Source: Candidatus Latescibacterota bacterium (GTDB lineage Bacteria > Latescibacterota > UBA2968 > UBA8231). Taken from it: DNA of 64,000 nt. The notes under the pieces were generated by a model. That model did no database searches and was not told the DNA's origin. It worked only from the letters and a program-made list of their open reading frames with translations. Shown in pieces: positions 9,239 through 19,132 of the stretch (its first letter is position 1; each line of letters starts with the position of its first letter). The position numbers and the translations under genes were made by a program. The DNA lies in assembly GCA_965217585.1 (NCBI GenBank), contig OZ244561.1, positions 1,472,001 through 1,536,000 of the forward strand. Direction: 5' to 3'.

Positions 9239-11227
9239 TCAAATCTGCGTCAGAAAGCTGCCCATGTGCCCGGTGATGTAATCGGCCACCAGCCAGACGC
9301 CGGCCGCGACCACTTCCCCGAGGATCAGCCCCAGAAAAAACGGACGCAGGTTCCTGTATAGTCGCGGCCCCCCATACTTGAGAATCACCAGCTTGAGCAG
9401 CCAAGCTATGAGCGCACTGGCAAAGATGTGGCCGGTCTTCCAGTTCGCGCTAATAGCGTAGCCGAGCGGGTTGAAGGGCCACCACAGCAAATGGTGCCGC
9501 ATCCACATCAGCGCAGCCATCACCCCACCGCCGACCCCCATGAACAGCCAAGTGTCGAGACGCGGGCCGGTCAATTCCGCCGCAATGCGCGGAGCCATGT
9601 CCTTGGGGCCGTATGTGGCGGCCCCCCAGCCAAAAAACAGGCCGTTGAGGTTGATGCCGCCGTATTTGTACGCCAACGCCATGGTAACGTATGAAGAGCC
9701 AACCAAGCTGACCACAATGGCGATGATCACCGCCCAAAACAGCCGCCGCTTCCCACCCTTGATTACCTCGCTCATCTTCAGGCCATTGGCGACCGACGAC
9801 ATTACAAACGAGCGGATCTCCGAGTGCCAGCCATACGAAAACCCCAAGGCCACCAAGCCCGAGGCCCCCACGCTGGAAGCCCCGGCACCGGAAATCACAA
9901 AGGTCGAGGTCATAATGGGGGGACGCATCGCCGGAATGCCTCCTTCGGCGACCACCCGCGTCAGGCCCAAAAACAGCACCATGGCCCCAAAGATAAACAT
10001 CGCCACGCCCAATGGCGGCAGCCCCGCCATCCACAGACCCAACCCCACCAAGCCGAGCGACCCCAACAGCCCAAAGGTAGCCTGCCGGTAAGACATGATT
10101 TCGTCGGCATCCTCCTCGTCTGGGTCGCCGTGCCATGCTTTTCGCCACACGGCGCGCAAGTGCCCGCGCGACACCCACAGCCCGACCAGCACGAAGACGA
10201 TCATCGCCCCCATGCCCTGATGGGCTAGGTACGGCTCCCGCGAGTACAGATCCATCCGCTCGGTGCTTTGCATGCCGAGGACGTTGAAAATGCCCCGTTG
10301 CACCGTGGTCAGGACATAGAACACCCAGATGGACGCGGAAATATCCAAGTTGACAAAGTAGAAGAAGCCGATCCAAGGCGGGCTGAACCACAAATCCAAG
10401 CGCACGCTATCGCGAAACAGGGGAAGCGACGTACTCCGCGCAATCCCGGGCACCTCCGGGTAATAGGCGTGTAATCCATTGACGCTGAGCAAGACGAACG
10501 CGAAGGCAAACCCCAGCCACATCGGCTTATTGATAAAAAACGCCCGCCCAATAGCCCGCCCTTGCTCGCGCTGGATCATCTCCATCGGCACCTGCACCAA
10601 CGGATACGCCAGCTTCTCCCGATCGACCCATTGCTTGCGCAGGATGACCATCGTGCAAATCATCGCTGCGCTGAGCGCCAAGAAGAAGCCGTACCAATAG
10701 GTCAGCGGCAGCACCCACGCGCTCCAAGGGATGGCGGCCCCTTCCGGCAGCCCTTCAAAGAAGTAGCGCGCCACGTTTTCGCCGCGCGGGATCATCCACG
10801 TGGGGATGTACTGGTTGTATAAAAAGTCCCAGTTATTCTCCGGCGTCGCGTAGTACGTAGAGCCGACCAGACAGGGGATGATAAATTGAGTAAACCCCAT
10901 CCCGGGAATGCAGCAGGCGACCACCAACATGATGTAGATGGTAATCAGCTCGGATTGGGTCAGGGCCAAGGAGCGGCGCAGGCAGTACACGATGCCGCTG
11001 GCGGGCACCAAAAAAAAGAAGAAGAACAGAGCGGCCGGCGTACTAAAATTTAAGGTCAGGTACGAGCCGCGAATGATGGTCGTTGCGTACGCGTCTAAAC
11101 CATTGAGCAGCAAGGCGAGCACCGCGCCGATCAGGATGCCCCGCGCGGGGATGCCGACGAGACCCTGCTGCCTTTCCTCCGCCGAGTGCACCCATTCGAG
11201 GTATGCTGGAGGAATCTGCTTTTTCAA
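9239..11227 (-). CDS. Polytopic inner-membrane protein, putative transporter (resembles DUF6785/DUF6784-type proteins; family C, copy 1)
   Basis: Many hydrophobic segments; YYATPENNW, LRKQWxDxEKLxYPLVQVP, RVVAEGG, WWPFNPLGY, PFFLGLILGE. Paralog of 35907..37847. The DUF label is from recall and unverified. Confidence 0.75.
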   Translation of the reverse strand: MKKQIPPAYLEWVHSAEERQQGLVGIPARGILIGAVLALLLNGLDAYATTIIRGSYLTLNFSTPAALFFFFFLVPASGIVYCLRRSLALTQSELITIYIMLVVACCIPGMGFTQFIIPCLVGSTYYATPENNWDFLYNQYIPTWMIPRGENVARYFFEGLPEGAAIPWSAWVLPLTYWYGFFLALSAAMICTMVILRKQWVDREKLAYPLVQVPMEMIQREQGRAIGRAFFINKPMWLGFAFAFVLLSVNGLHAYYPEVPGIARSTSLPLFRDSVRLDLWFSPPWIGFFYFVNLDISASIWVFYVLTTVQRGIFNVLGMQSTERMDLYSREPYLAHQGMGAMIVFVLVGLWVSRGHLRAVWRKAWHGDPDEEDADEIMSYRQATFGLLGSLGLVGLGLWMAGLPPLGVAMFIFGAMVLFLGLTRVVAEGGIPAMRPPIMTSTFVISGAGASSVGASGLVALGFSYGWHSEIRSFVMSSVANGLKMSEVIKGGKRRLFWAVIIAIVVSLVGSSYVTMALAYKYGGINLNGLFFGWGAATYGPKDMAPRIAAELTGPRLDTWLFMGVGGGVMAALMWMRHHLLWWPFNPLGYAISANWKTGHIFASALIAWLLKLVILKYGGPRLYRNLRPFFLGLILGEVVAAGVWLVADYITGHMGSFLTQI

Positions 11228-11254
11228 TTCCGTTTGCCTCGATCATGGTTCAAA

Positions 11255-13774
11255 TCAGTACGCACTAGCGACGAGTTTGGTAATCATCGTTTGCTCGCCT
11301 TCGGCATCTACCTTCACGCCGACCCGACACAGATACAGGCCCGGCGGCGTCAGGCGACCCTGATCGTCCCGCCCGTCCCAAGTCACACGCTGCACTCCGG
11401 CGGCGTGTGCCACCACCGGGGCCATCTGCCGCACGCGTTGGCCGTCTAAGCCATACACCTCTAGCACCAACGCCTTGGTGCCCTGCACCGCGAACACCGG
11501 AAACACCAATTCCACCACGTCGTTGATCCCGTCCCCATTCGGCGTAAACGGATTCGACGACGCGATCACCTCGCCCAACAACCCGCCGCTAAGTGGGGTC
11601 AACACCTGCAAGCTGCGGCCGGCGCCGGCATCTACCCGCTGCCACACCCGCTCGTCACCTTCACCCAACCCTACCTGCACGGCAAAAGCATTGCTCGCAA
11701 GGTAGAGCACACCCGAAAATTGCAGCGCGACGAACCCCTCTTCCTCCGTCACGGGCACAGGTAGCCGCACCCACAGCGAATCGGTGCCGGTCTCTATCCT
11801 CGTCACTTCTTCCGGCCCGTAGCGTTCGCGTTCCGCGCCTACAACCACTTCCTCCAGATCGACCGCCGCCCCCGGCGGCAGCACCATTAGTACCTGATCG
11901 AAGCCGCGATTGTCAGCTTGGAACTGCGGCTGCAAAGACAACGTGAAGGTCGTGCGCTCCCCCCGCTGTTGAGTCTGCCGCGGCTGTACCTCGCCTAGGA
12001 CTTGGCTGGCCAAGGGCCAATCCAACGCGATGTGCAGCCGGCGCAACAACACCGCTTGGCCGGGGTCGTCCGAGCGCAGCGTGGCCTCCACTATGGTGTA
12101 GCGCCGCGGGCTTGGCGAGGTAATCGGCGCGGCCGTGGCCGAGTAGAACGGACTCCAAGCGCTCCAGTCGGTGCCGGGAACCACCGAGACGGTCGAATCG
12201 CCCCGCTGAAAGCTGAGCAGCTTGCGATATTTGGCCTCGGTCACCTCTTTCCCGGCCGTAGTGAAGTAGTGGATTTCCTCGTTGAGCTGGTTGCCGGTGC
12301 GCGTGCGAAATTGCACTTGGGTACCCGGCGGGGCGTCGGCTGCCCAGTGAATGGAAGATAGGATGCGCGGGTCGCTGCCCAGCTCCATCGGTGCCGATTG
12401 GAGCGTCACCTGCGGGAGAAAGCCGTGGCCGTAGAGCTGGAGCTCGCGGATGCCCGAGTTGGCCCAACTCGGGACCATGAGCACGCGGTAATCCATCTTG
12501 AAGTAGCGCGCCTTGGTCAGCGGAAAGGCATTGTCCTGATAAAAAATGTGGGGAAACAGCCCGCTGAAGCGGCCCGGCTCTTGGTCGGCGGTTTCCCGCG
12601 CGGACAGCCCAACATAGGCCAAGCTGCCGTCCGGGTTGCGCTGCCCATTCGAGAGGTTGATGACGTAGTTGGGGAACGCGCCGGTAAAGCCGTGGGCGAT
12701 GTTTTCGCGGTCAAAGCTGATGACCGCTCGGCTGATCCAGAACCAAGTTCCCAAGTCGAAGAGGAGTTCGCGGTCGAACTCCACGTCGATGTGCTCGCCG
12801 CCGCTGACGCCCACTTGCTCGGTCCACACGGTCTTGTAGTCGCCGTCAACGGCCAAGCGCTCCGTCCCGGTATTGCTCGTGCCCCCGATCAACCCACCCC
12901 GGCTCAGCGCGCCCAAGCTGATGTTGTCGCCTTCGGTCCACACCTCCACCTCGGCCAGCCGCGGTCGCTCCCGTCGATAGTACTGAATCGGGCCAGTGCG
13001 CGACTCGCTCAGTTCTGCGTGTTGGGCCTGATCAATTTGTCGCAAAACGCCCGAGGACTCGCGCAAGAAGTAGAGCACATCGCCGCGCTCTTCCTCCGGC
13101 AAGCTATTCCAGCGGGCTTCGCTGACTTCGTGCCCTTGGCCTCGCGCACTGGCCGTGGCCACGATCTGGACGAACTGGAACATGTCGCCGACAAAGTCCG
13201 CGTCCGCTTCCTGCGAGGGCTTCAGATCAAACTCAAAGACGCGCTGGGTTTTGTTCAAACCTTCGCTACGGCCAGCCTGCGCGAAGCGGATCGCCTTGCT
13301 CTGAGAAAACGCCGGGAGGCCGTTGGAAGTAAGCACCTTGAACTGTAGGAAAGGATCGCCCATACCTTCCGGGGCGAATTTCACTACGATCTTGCGCGCC
13401 CACACCAAGCGGCCCAAGTCGATCTCGACCCACCAATCGCGCAGGGGCGCGTCCAAGTCCGGCTCCCAGAAGGTATCCTCTTGGCCGTCTATGACATTCA
13501 CGGCCGCGGCCAAGTGAACGCCCGCCGCCCGGATCCCGCCCTGCACATCTTCGCCGTAAACAAAGTTCGGGGCGTCTAGCACGGCGTTGATTTGCGCGCG
13601 GATCAAGTGCGGCCGCACCCCTTCCGGGCCGAATTGCACCGTGCCCGCGGCCACCTCCCATTCCGCCCAGTCGCTCTCGTCAATGGCGACCCGGTCCGCT
13701 TCGAGGCGAAATCCCTGGGGCCACGCCGCAGCGGCGACCAGCAGGGCACAAACAACGAGCCACAACCGATTCAC
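11255..13774 (-). CDS. Secreted discoidin/FlgD-Ig protein (family A, long form, copy 2)
   Basis: Close paralog of 5574..8078. Start reassigned to GTG 13774 (GTGA overlap with the upstream stop, purine-rich RBS, yields a signal peptide). Ends VASAY. Confidence 0.8.
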   Translation of the reverse strand: MNRLWLVVCALLVAAAAWPQGFRLEADRVAIDESDWAEWEVAAGTVQFGPEGVRPHLIRAQINAVLDAPNFVYGEDVQGGIRAAGVHLAAAVNVIDGQEDTFWEPDLDAPLRDWWVEIDLGRLVWARKIVVKFAPEGMGDPFLQFKVLTSNGLPAFSQSKAIRFAQAGRSEGLNKTQRVFEFDLKPSQEADADFVGDMFQFVQIVATASARGQGHEVSEARWNSLPEEERGDVLYFLRESSGVLRQIDQAQHAELSESRTGPIQYYRRERPRLAEVEVWTEGDNISLGALSRGGLIGGTSNTGTERLAVDGDYKTVWTEQVGVSGGEHIDVEFDRELLFDLGTWFWISRAVISFDRENIAHGFTGAFPNYVINLSNGQRNPDGSLAYVGLSARETADQEPGRFSGLFPHIFYQDNAFPLTKARYFKMDYRVLMVPSWANSGIRELQLYGHGFLPQVTLQSAPMELGSDPRILSSIHWAADAPPGTQVQFRTRTGNQLNEEIHYFTTAGKEVTEAKYRKLLSFQRGDSTVSVVPGTDWSAWSPFYSATAAPITSPSPRRYTIVEATLRSDDPGQAVLLRRLHIALDWPLASQVLGEVQPRQTQQRGERTTFTLSLQPQFQADNRGFDQVLMVLPPGAAVDLEEVVVGAERERYGPEEVTRIETGTDSLWVRLPVPVTEEEGFVALQFSGVLYLASNAFAVQVGLGEGDERVWQRVDAGAGRSLQVLTPLSGGLLGEVIASSNPFTPNGDGINDVVELVFPVFAVQGTKALVLEVYGLDGQRVRQMAPVVAHAAGVQRVTWDGRDDQGRLTPPGLYLCRVGVKVDAEGEQTMITKLVASAY

Positions 13775-14481
13775 GCGAGCCTTCCCTCCCCTACCTGCTG
13801 GCACGCCGCGATGAATTCCTCGGCCGTGGTGGTATAACCGATCAGATGTTCAAAGTTGCGCAGCGTGATCCGGTTGATCCAACCTCCTTCTGGCAGGCTG
13901 TCGTCTAGCGTGTCTGGCATTTCGATCGTACCAGGAGCATTTGAACAATCGCGCAAGAGAATGACGCGGTAATTCCTCCCTACCGCTTCGGCGCAGGTGT
14001 AGTGCAAGCAGGCCCGCCGGCTGTAGCCGACGACGAACAGCGTCCTAATGCCGTAGCTGCGCAAGTGCTGGTCCAAGAAGGTGTCGTGGAAGCCGCTCCA
14101 GATCCACTTGGGGAAATTGCGCTCGCCCTCGCGGGGGGCCACGCAGTCGAGGTATTCGGGTTTGTATTCTTGCCGCGCCCAGCTTGCAATGCCGTTGCCG
14201 CCGCCGCCCTTGGTCTTGCCCCAGATCTCGCCCACGATGTTGCCGGGGTCGGCCACTAGGCGCAGGTCGTTGTGGACGTAATTGACCCGCATCCCACTGT
14301 CGCGGGCGACTTGTAACGCCGGCGCGATGAAGTTCTCGGTCGTTGGATTGGGCGAGCGCCCATCGATATCCACCAAGAGAAAGGCGCACTCGACGAACTC
14401 TAGGGTCAGGGTCTCGTACCCGTAGTCGTACCCGCCGGGATAATCCTTGTAATAGCGAATGGGAATTTGAATGTTAGCCAT
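13771..14481 (-). CDS. Isochorismatase-family cysteine hydrolase
   Basis: LLVDID, K-x3-SGF-x2-T-x-LD, and GYSRRAC give the Asp-Lys-Cys triad. Confidence 0.85.
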   Translation of the reverse strand: MANIQIPIRYYKDYPGGYDYGYETLTLEFVECAFLLVDIDGRSPNPTTENFIAPALQVARDSGMRVNYVHNDLRLVADPGNIVGEIWGKTKGGGGNGIASWARQEYKPEYLDCVAPREGERNFPKWIWSGFHDTFLDQHLRSYGIRTLFVVGYSRRACLHYTCAEAVGRNYRVILLRDCSNAPGTIEMPDTLDDSLPEGGWINRITLRNFEHLIGYTTTAEEFIAACQQVGEGRLA

Positions 14482-14494
14482 AGGGCCTCCTTTT

Positions 14495-16396
14495 TTAGTA
14501 CACCACCGCGACGGTCCCCGCTAGCTGATCGCCGCCTTTTTCCGACTCCACCGATATGCGATAAACGTACAGGCCCGGGGGCACCCGCTCGCCGCTCTCG
14601 TCCCGGCCATCCCAAGAAAAGCGCAGATCGCCGCTGTGCTGTTGCCCGTCGTGGATTACCCGTAGCGAGCGGCCAGACAGATCAAAGACCGCGAGGCGCA
14701 AGGGCACTTCTTGGGTTACCTGCAACAGCTTGAAAGAGAAGTGGATCTGCTCGTTTATCCCGTCGCCATTGGGGGTGGCAATCTTCGGCTGCACCACTAT
14801 ATCGTCCAGCAGGCGACGGGAAATTGAGGTGCGCACCGTGAGCACCTCGCTCGCTATCTCACTGGCCGCATTGCCGTGATTGATGGGTTGCGCTAGCTCT
14901 AAGGGGCGCTGAGAGTCCCGCACCCAGCCGCGGAAGGTCGTGCCGTAGCGCAGCACTGGAGCGCGGAAGAATACCTCGATCACCCCACCGGAATCCCCGG
15001 ATGTGCGCGGGGGAAACAGGGAGACAGAAAAGCGCAGCGAATCCGGCTCGATGTGCACGGCGAAGCTGTCCAAGCCGGTGGCTTGGACCGAATCCACGCC
15101 GGTCACGCCAAAGGGCGCGGCGATTTCCACCCCGTCAAAACCAGAGTGTTGCGCACGGATGATGGGCTGAATGGCATACCTGAACGACGCGATCTCGCCC
15201 AGGGTGACTTCGGGGGGATATATTTCGCCCAGCACTTGCTCGGCGAGAGGCGGCTTGGTCGCCGAGAATTCGATGAACTCTACCTCGCCGCCCTCGCTGC
15301 CTACGGGCAAAAAATCGACCCGCAGTTGAAAGACCGAATTGGGACCGGGCGAGGTTATGTGGGTGCCGCTGCTGTCGGCGAACGCATAGGGCGAAGACCA
15401 GAAGCTCCAGTTGTCAATGTCGTAGGTGATTTCGCCGGCCTCGCCTGGCTTGAGAAAGAGATAGTCCGCCGCGTCGAGAGGCTGGCCTGCTTCGTCGAGC
15501 GACGTTACCTCATTGCCCCGGCCGGTGAATCGCCAGTATACGTTTGGATCGAGATCCTTCCCGGCCCGCGATTGGATCCAGACGCGGGCGCGGGGATCCT
15601 GGCGACCGCGCCAGCGGATGTTGCCCCACACGGCCGGCTCGCCGAGATCGATAAACGGGCCGACGTACGATGCTTGGTCGGAGTAGCCTACGCCATAGAC
15701 TTCCACTTCGCCGATCCGCAGAGCCTTGGGCGACGCTCGGTAGAGCAACAGGCCCACGCTGCGAGCGAGGGCCGGGGGGAAGCGCACGTCTATGGTGTCC
15801 TGCACGTTTTCGGGTAGCTCGAAGACGAGCTGGCCGCCGACACGGGCGGCACCATACCCCGAGACGTTGTCTTTCTTCTGCACGCCTAGGTCGGCGTTCA
15901 CGTCCAACTTGTCGGGATACAGGCCGCTCTCGGCGGTGACGATCCGCACCCTGTTGACAAAGAACAGGCCGCCGAGGTCCATGGTGACGCGCCGCGACTC
16001 CAAGTAGCGCTGGCCCGTGAACCGGCTCTGAATGCCCTCCACCCATTCCCAGAACGTTGCGGGATCGGCGTCAATCATCTTCTTGGAGAGATCGGTTATG
16101 GAATAGCTCGCTACCCCGCTGACCCGCACGTAAGGCCCCCCGCGCCGATCAGCGCTGGTGAGGGCGATATTGGTCTCCGGCGTCAAAAAGATCGGCCGCA
16201 GTGTTCCGGCGGCGAGGGCCTCGGCGGCGAGGCTTTGCTCCTCCTCGAAGTCGCTCCAAGACAATTGATGGAAGTTCACCCCGGCCTCGCTCGGACGGGG
16301 CACGTCCTCGCCGCCGATGCGGTAAATCTCCACAGTCCCACCCCTTCCCGGCGCGAGCGCCGCGAGCACGAGGGCCAGTAACATCCTTTTTTTCAT
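14495..16396 (-). CDS. Secreted discoidin/FlgD-Ig protein (family A, short form)
   Basis: Signal peptide; MDLGG..VNRVRI; WSFWSSPY; TPNGDGINE..WDGRD..PPGLY; ends VAVVY. Confidence 0.8.
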   Translation of the reverse strand: MKKRMLLALVLAALAPGRGGTVEIYRIGGEDVPRPSEAGVNFHQLSWSDFEEEQSLAAEALAAGTLRPIFLTPETNIALTSADRRGGPYVRVSGVASYSITDLSKKMIDADPATFWEWVEGIQSRFTGQRYLESRRVTMDLGGLFFVNRVRIVTAESGLYPDKLDVNADLGVQKKDNVSGYGAARVGGQLVFELPENVQDTIDVRFPPALARSVGLLLYRASPKALRIGEVEVYGVGYSDQASYVGPFIDLGEPAVWGNIRWRGRQDPRARVWIQSRAGKDLDPNVYWRFTGRGNEVTSLDEAGQPLDAADYLFLKPGEAGEITYDIDNWSFWSSPYAFADSSGTHITSPGPNSVFQLRVDFLPVGSEGGEVEFIEFSATKPPLAEQVLGEIYPPEVTLGEIASFRYAIQPIIRAQHSGFDGVEIAAPFGVTGVDSVQATGLDSFAVHIEPDSLRFSVSLFPPRTSGDSGGVIEVFFRAPVLRYGTTFRGWVRDSQRPLELAQPINHGNAASEIASEVLTVRTSISRRLLDDIVVQPKIATPNGDGINEQIHFSFKLLQVTQEVPLRLAVFDLSGRSLRVIHDGQQHSGDLRFSWDGRDESGERVPPGLYVYRISVESEKGGDQLAGTVAVVY

Positions 16397-16408
16397 GGCG
16401 TCTGCACC

Positions 16409-19114
16409 TTAGTCGAGCCCGGCATAGACCGTCACAAACTGGGATGCGCCGGTAAAAGCGTCCTCTCCCTTGCGGTCAATGCGGCTGACCCGCAGGCCCA
16501 TCTGGGTGGTCAAACTGTATCCGAGATACGCGCCTGTATTGGAGTACTGGATGGCGAGAACTGTCTCTCGGTAGTCTGGCGACAAACCCAAAGCCCGCAC
16601 TTTTTCCGCGTCTTCAAGCTGGCTGAATATGGTGTACTCCAACCCGGCCCTCAGCTCGGAACGGGTCAGGATTGCAACCTCGCCGATCAAGAACAAGAGC
16701 AGGGCGTTTTCCTTGCGCACGGGATCGTTGCTCAGCAGCGGCGCTTCGCGGCGGTGTTCGTTCTTGATCTTGGGGGCCAGCACCACGCGGCCGATCGTTC
16801 GCCGGTACTCGGCCTTGTTGATCAGGCCGAAGAACTGGAAGTTTTCGCGCACGTCCGGCTGCGCGTCGTTTTGGTGCCAGATGTCGTATTTCAGCTTGTT
16901 GGTGAAGGTCAGGCCGGGGATGCTGATGTAATCGAAACGGACAAATGCCGAATTGATATAGGTATTGAGCGCGGCCACGGGATCTTCTATCCGCTGCAAC
17001 GCGCCTGGGGCACCGGTCGGCTGCACCCACTGGACGACGTTGTCGGCGATCTCGTCCTCGACCCGCTTGAACATGTCGAAGACGCGGAACCGGCCCACGC
17101 CGGCGATGTCCTTGTCCCAAGTAACAATTCCGTATGCGGTTTGTTCGCGCTTCTTGGCCGAGAGCATGCGTTCCTGTTTGTAGCCTGCGGTCAGCCGCAT
17201 CTCGGGCGCGAGGTGCATCCCGACATACGCATTGTAGCCGCGGCGATTGCGGTCGTATGGATAATCCGGGTCTTCGTCGTTTTCAAAGCGGTCGATCCAG
17301 AAATTGTTGTTCATGTCCATGCCAAACAAAAACTCCGGGCGATCTACGTGGTAGCGCAGGAAAGGCTCCTCGTAGTCGGGGACGAAGTTCGGCCGAAACT
17401 CGTTGTCGTTCTGGTTGAAATCTGAGATGAAGTCGAGGTTTTCATCCCACCCAGGGAAAATCCGCAAATCCGGCCCGAATTGGTTGAGGCGCAGCCAATC
17501 GGGGATGCGGTCTTGGTCGTCGTTGTCGTCAACCCATTCGTAAAAATTAGTCGTTGGGTCGGTGTAGTCGATATCGCCCGAAGGCGAGGCAATCAGGCTG
17601 GTGGTGCCGTAGTTGTAATCCATGCTATAGGTCTCGGCAAAGAGGAAATAGGGATAGCTCTTCTTCGACAGATTGACCATATAGGCATTGGCTTGATCCG
17701 CCGCCGTGTGGTGGGTCGCAAAAGCGCGGTTCGGGTATTTGCGATAGTGCCGACTGCGGTCGAATTCCGCGTACAGATCAAAACCCAGCACGCCCCGCGC
17801 CTCCAAGGTAAAGCCGTAAATGTCGTTCCCCGTCGGTAGGCCGTAGTCGAGGCGCAACAGCCCCAAGTTGGAGCCGTCCTGGACGTTGCCAGCCGCTCGC
17901 TTCGTCGTCAGAAAAACGGGCTGGCCTTCGGGTATGTTGAGCTGGCGATCCGAGCTCATCTCGATGTGGTAGTCGTTGGCCACCACCAACTCGATCTGCG
18001 CACGGCGAATGGTGGAAAGCTCGGGGCCAGTGTACGACGGGGAGCGGAAGTCGTAGGTCATTTCGATTCGCTCGTCGCCATCGGCCGCGAGGAATCCGAG
18101 GCGCTGTAAGCCGCCATCGATGATCGGCTCAAAGCCGATTTGGCTGCCCCGCACCGTCTCTTTCTCGACCTCGACGACGCGCTCGCCTGCTTCTGTTTCG
18201 CGCGCCACCTCGGTCTCGGATTCAATGATGATGTCCCACGAGAAGAGGGCTGCCCCGCCCTCGCGATCTTCGGGCGAATCATCGCTCAGGCGGATGAAGA
18301 TCTGCCCGACGTGCTCTAGATTTTGCCCAACCGTCAGCGAACCGGTCCACGGGTTGCCCTCGAAGCTCTCCAACAGGGTTTGGGAATTGTGGGCGTTGAT
18401 ATAGAGGCCGCCTACCTCGACAAAGTCGCCGATCTGCGTCGTACCGTAGAAGCCCAACAGGTTGGTGCTATTAGTGGTTTCAACAGACACTCTCCGCGCC
18501 AGTCCCGGAGAGCTAATCCGCGACATCAAGACGGTCAGGCTGTATTTGTCGGACTGAAAATCGGCCTGTATGCCGTCAAAGGTCGGCTTGGAAAAAGTCA
18601 TCGGCGTCAGCGTGGTGCGGATCTTGCTACCGATCGTCAGGGCCAAGTTGTTTTGCCCCTTTTGGTCGGAAGCAATGACCAGCTCGTTGAACCACGCGCT
18701 GAACCTAGAGGTCTTGAAGACCGTGCTGCCAAACTGCTGGGGCTGATTCTGGCTCCAGTCGTAGACGAGCCAGCCGCGGTTGATAAAAGACCCATAGAGG
18801 TCGTAAAAATAATCGCCTTCTATGTCGCTGGAGACGTAGCGCTGGTACAGGTCGCGGGCGTAGTTGGTGTATTCCCATTGCTTCCAGCCGTAGAGTTGGT
18901 ATAGCTCCTGGGGCGCGTACCAACGCCGCACGGCCGGATCTAAGGCGTCGAACAGCACCCCCGGCCCCACGGGTTCATACGAGACCTCACCGCCTCGCTG
19001 CACCCCCAACCTACTGCCGTAATCTTCCCTTCTCTGCGCTCCAATATCGCCGCTCGTCGCCGCGACAATCAGGGCTGTCAGTAAAAGCAAATTCCGTCTG
19101 GCCACTGTACGCAT
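16409..19114 (-). CDS. Large secreted, predicted outer-membrane protein with Asp-rich Ca-binding-like loops (family B, copy 1)
   Basis: Signal peptide; DDNDDQDR, DENLDFISDFNQN, DMNNN motifs; C-terminal third has alternating amphipathic beta-strand-like segments. Paralog of 37851..40490. Confidence 0.7.
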   Translation of the reverse strand: MRTVARRNLLLLTALIVAATSGDIGAQRREDYGSRLGVQRGGEVSYEPVGPGVLFDALDPAVRRWYAPQELYQLYGWKQWEYTNYARDLYQRYVSSDIEGDYFYDLYGSFINRGWLVYDWSQNQPQQFGSTVFKTSRFSAWFNELVIASDQKGQNNLALTIGSKIRTTLTPMTFSKPTFDGIQADFQSDKYSLTVLMSRISSPGLARRVSVETTNSTNLLGFYGTTQIGDFVEVGGLYINAHNSQTLLESFEGNPWTGSLTVGQNLEHVGQIFIRLSDDSPEDREGGAALFSWDIIIESETEVARETEAGERVVEVEKETVRGSQIGFEPIIDGGLQRLGFLAADGDERIEMTYDFRSPSYTGPELSTIRRAQIELVVANDYHIEMSSDRQLNIPEGQPVFLTTKRAAGNVQDGSNLGLLRLDYGLPTGNDIYGFTLEARGVLGFDLYAEFDRSRHYRKYPNRAFATHHTAADQANAYMVNLSKKSYPYFLFAETYSMDYNYGTTSLIASPSGDIDYTDPTTNFYEWVDDNDDQDRIPDWLRLNQFGPDLRIFPGWDENLDFISDFNQNDNEFRPNFVPDYEEPFLRYHVDRPEFLFGMDMNNNFWIDRFENDEDPDYPYDRNRRGYNAYVGMHLAPEMRLTAGYKQERMLSAKKREQTAYGIVTWDKDIAGVGRFRVFDMFKRVEDEIADNVVQWVQPTGAPGALQRIEDPVAALNTYINSAFVRFDYISIPGLTFTNKLKYDIWHQNDAQPDVRENFQFFGLINKAEYRRTIGRVVLAPKIKNEHRREAPLLSNDPVRKENALLLFLIGEVAILTRSELRAGLEYTIFSQLEDAEKVRALGLSPDYRETVLAIQYSNTGAYLGYSLTTQMGLRVSRIDRKGEDAFTGASQFVTVYAGLD

Positions 19115-19132
19115 CCTTTGTTTATTCCCGCG

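Noticed and set aside
5574-13774. Diversity-generating retroelement behind the near-identical repeats
   Set aside because: No reverse transcriptase in the window; both copies are coding and differences are not confined to adenines.
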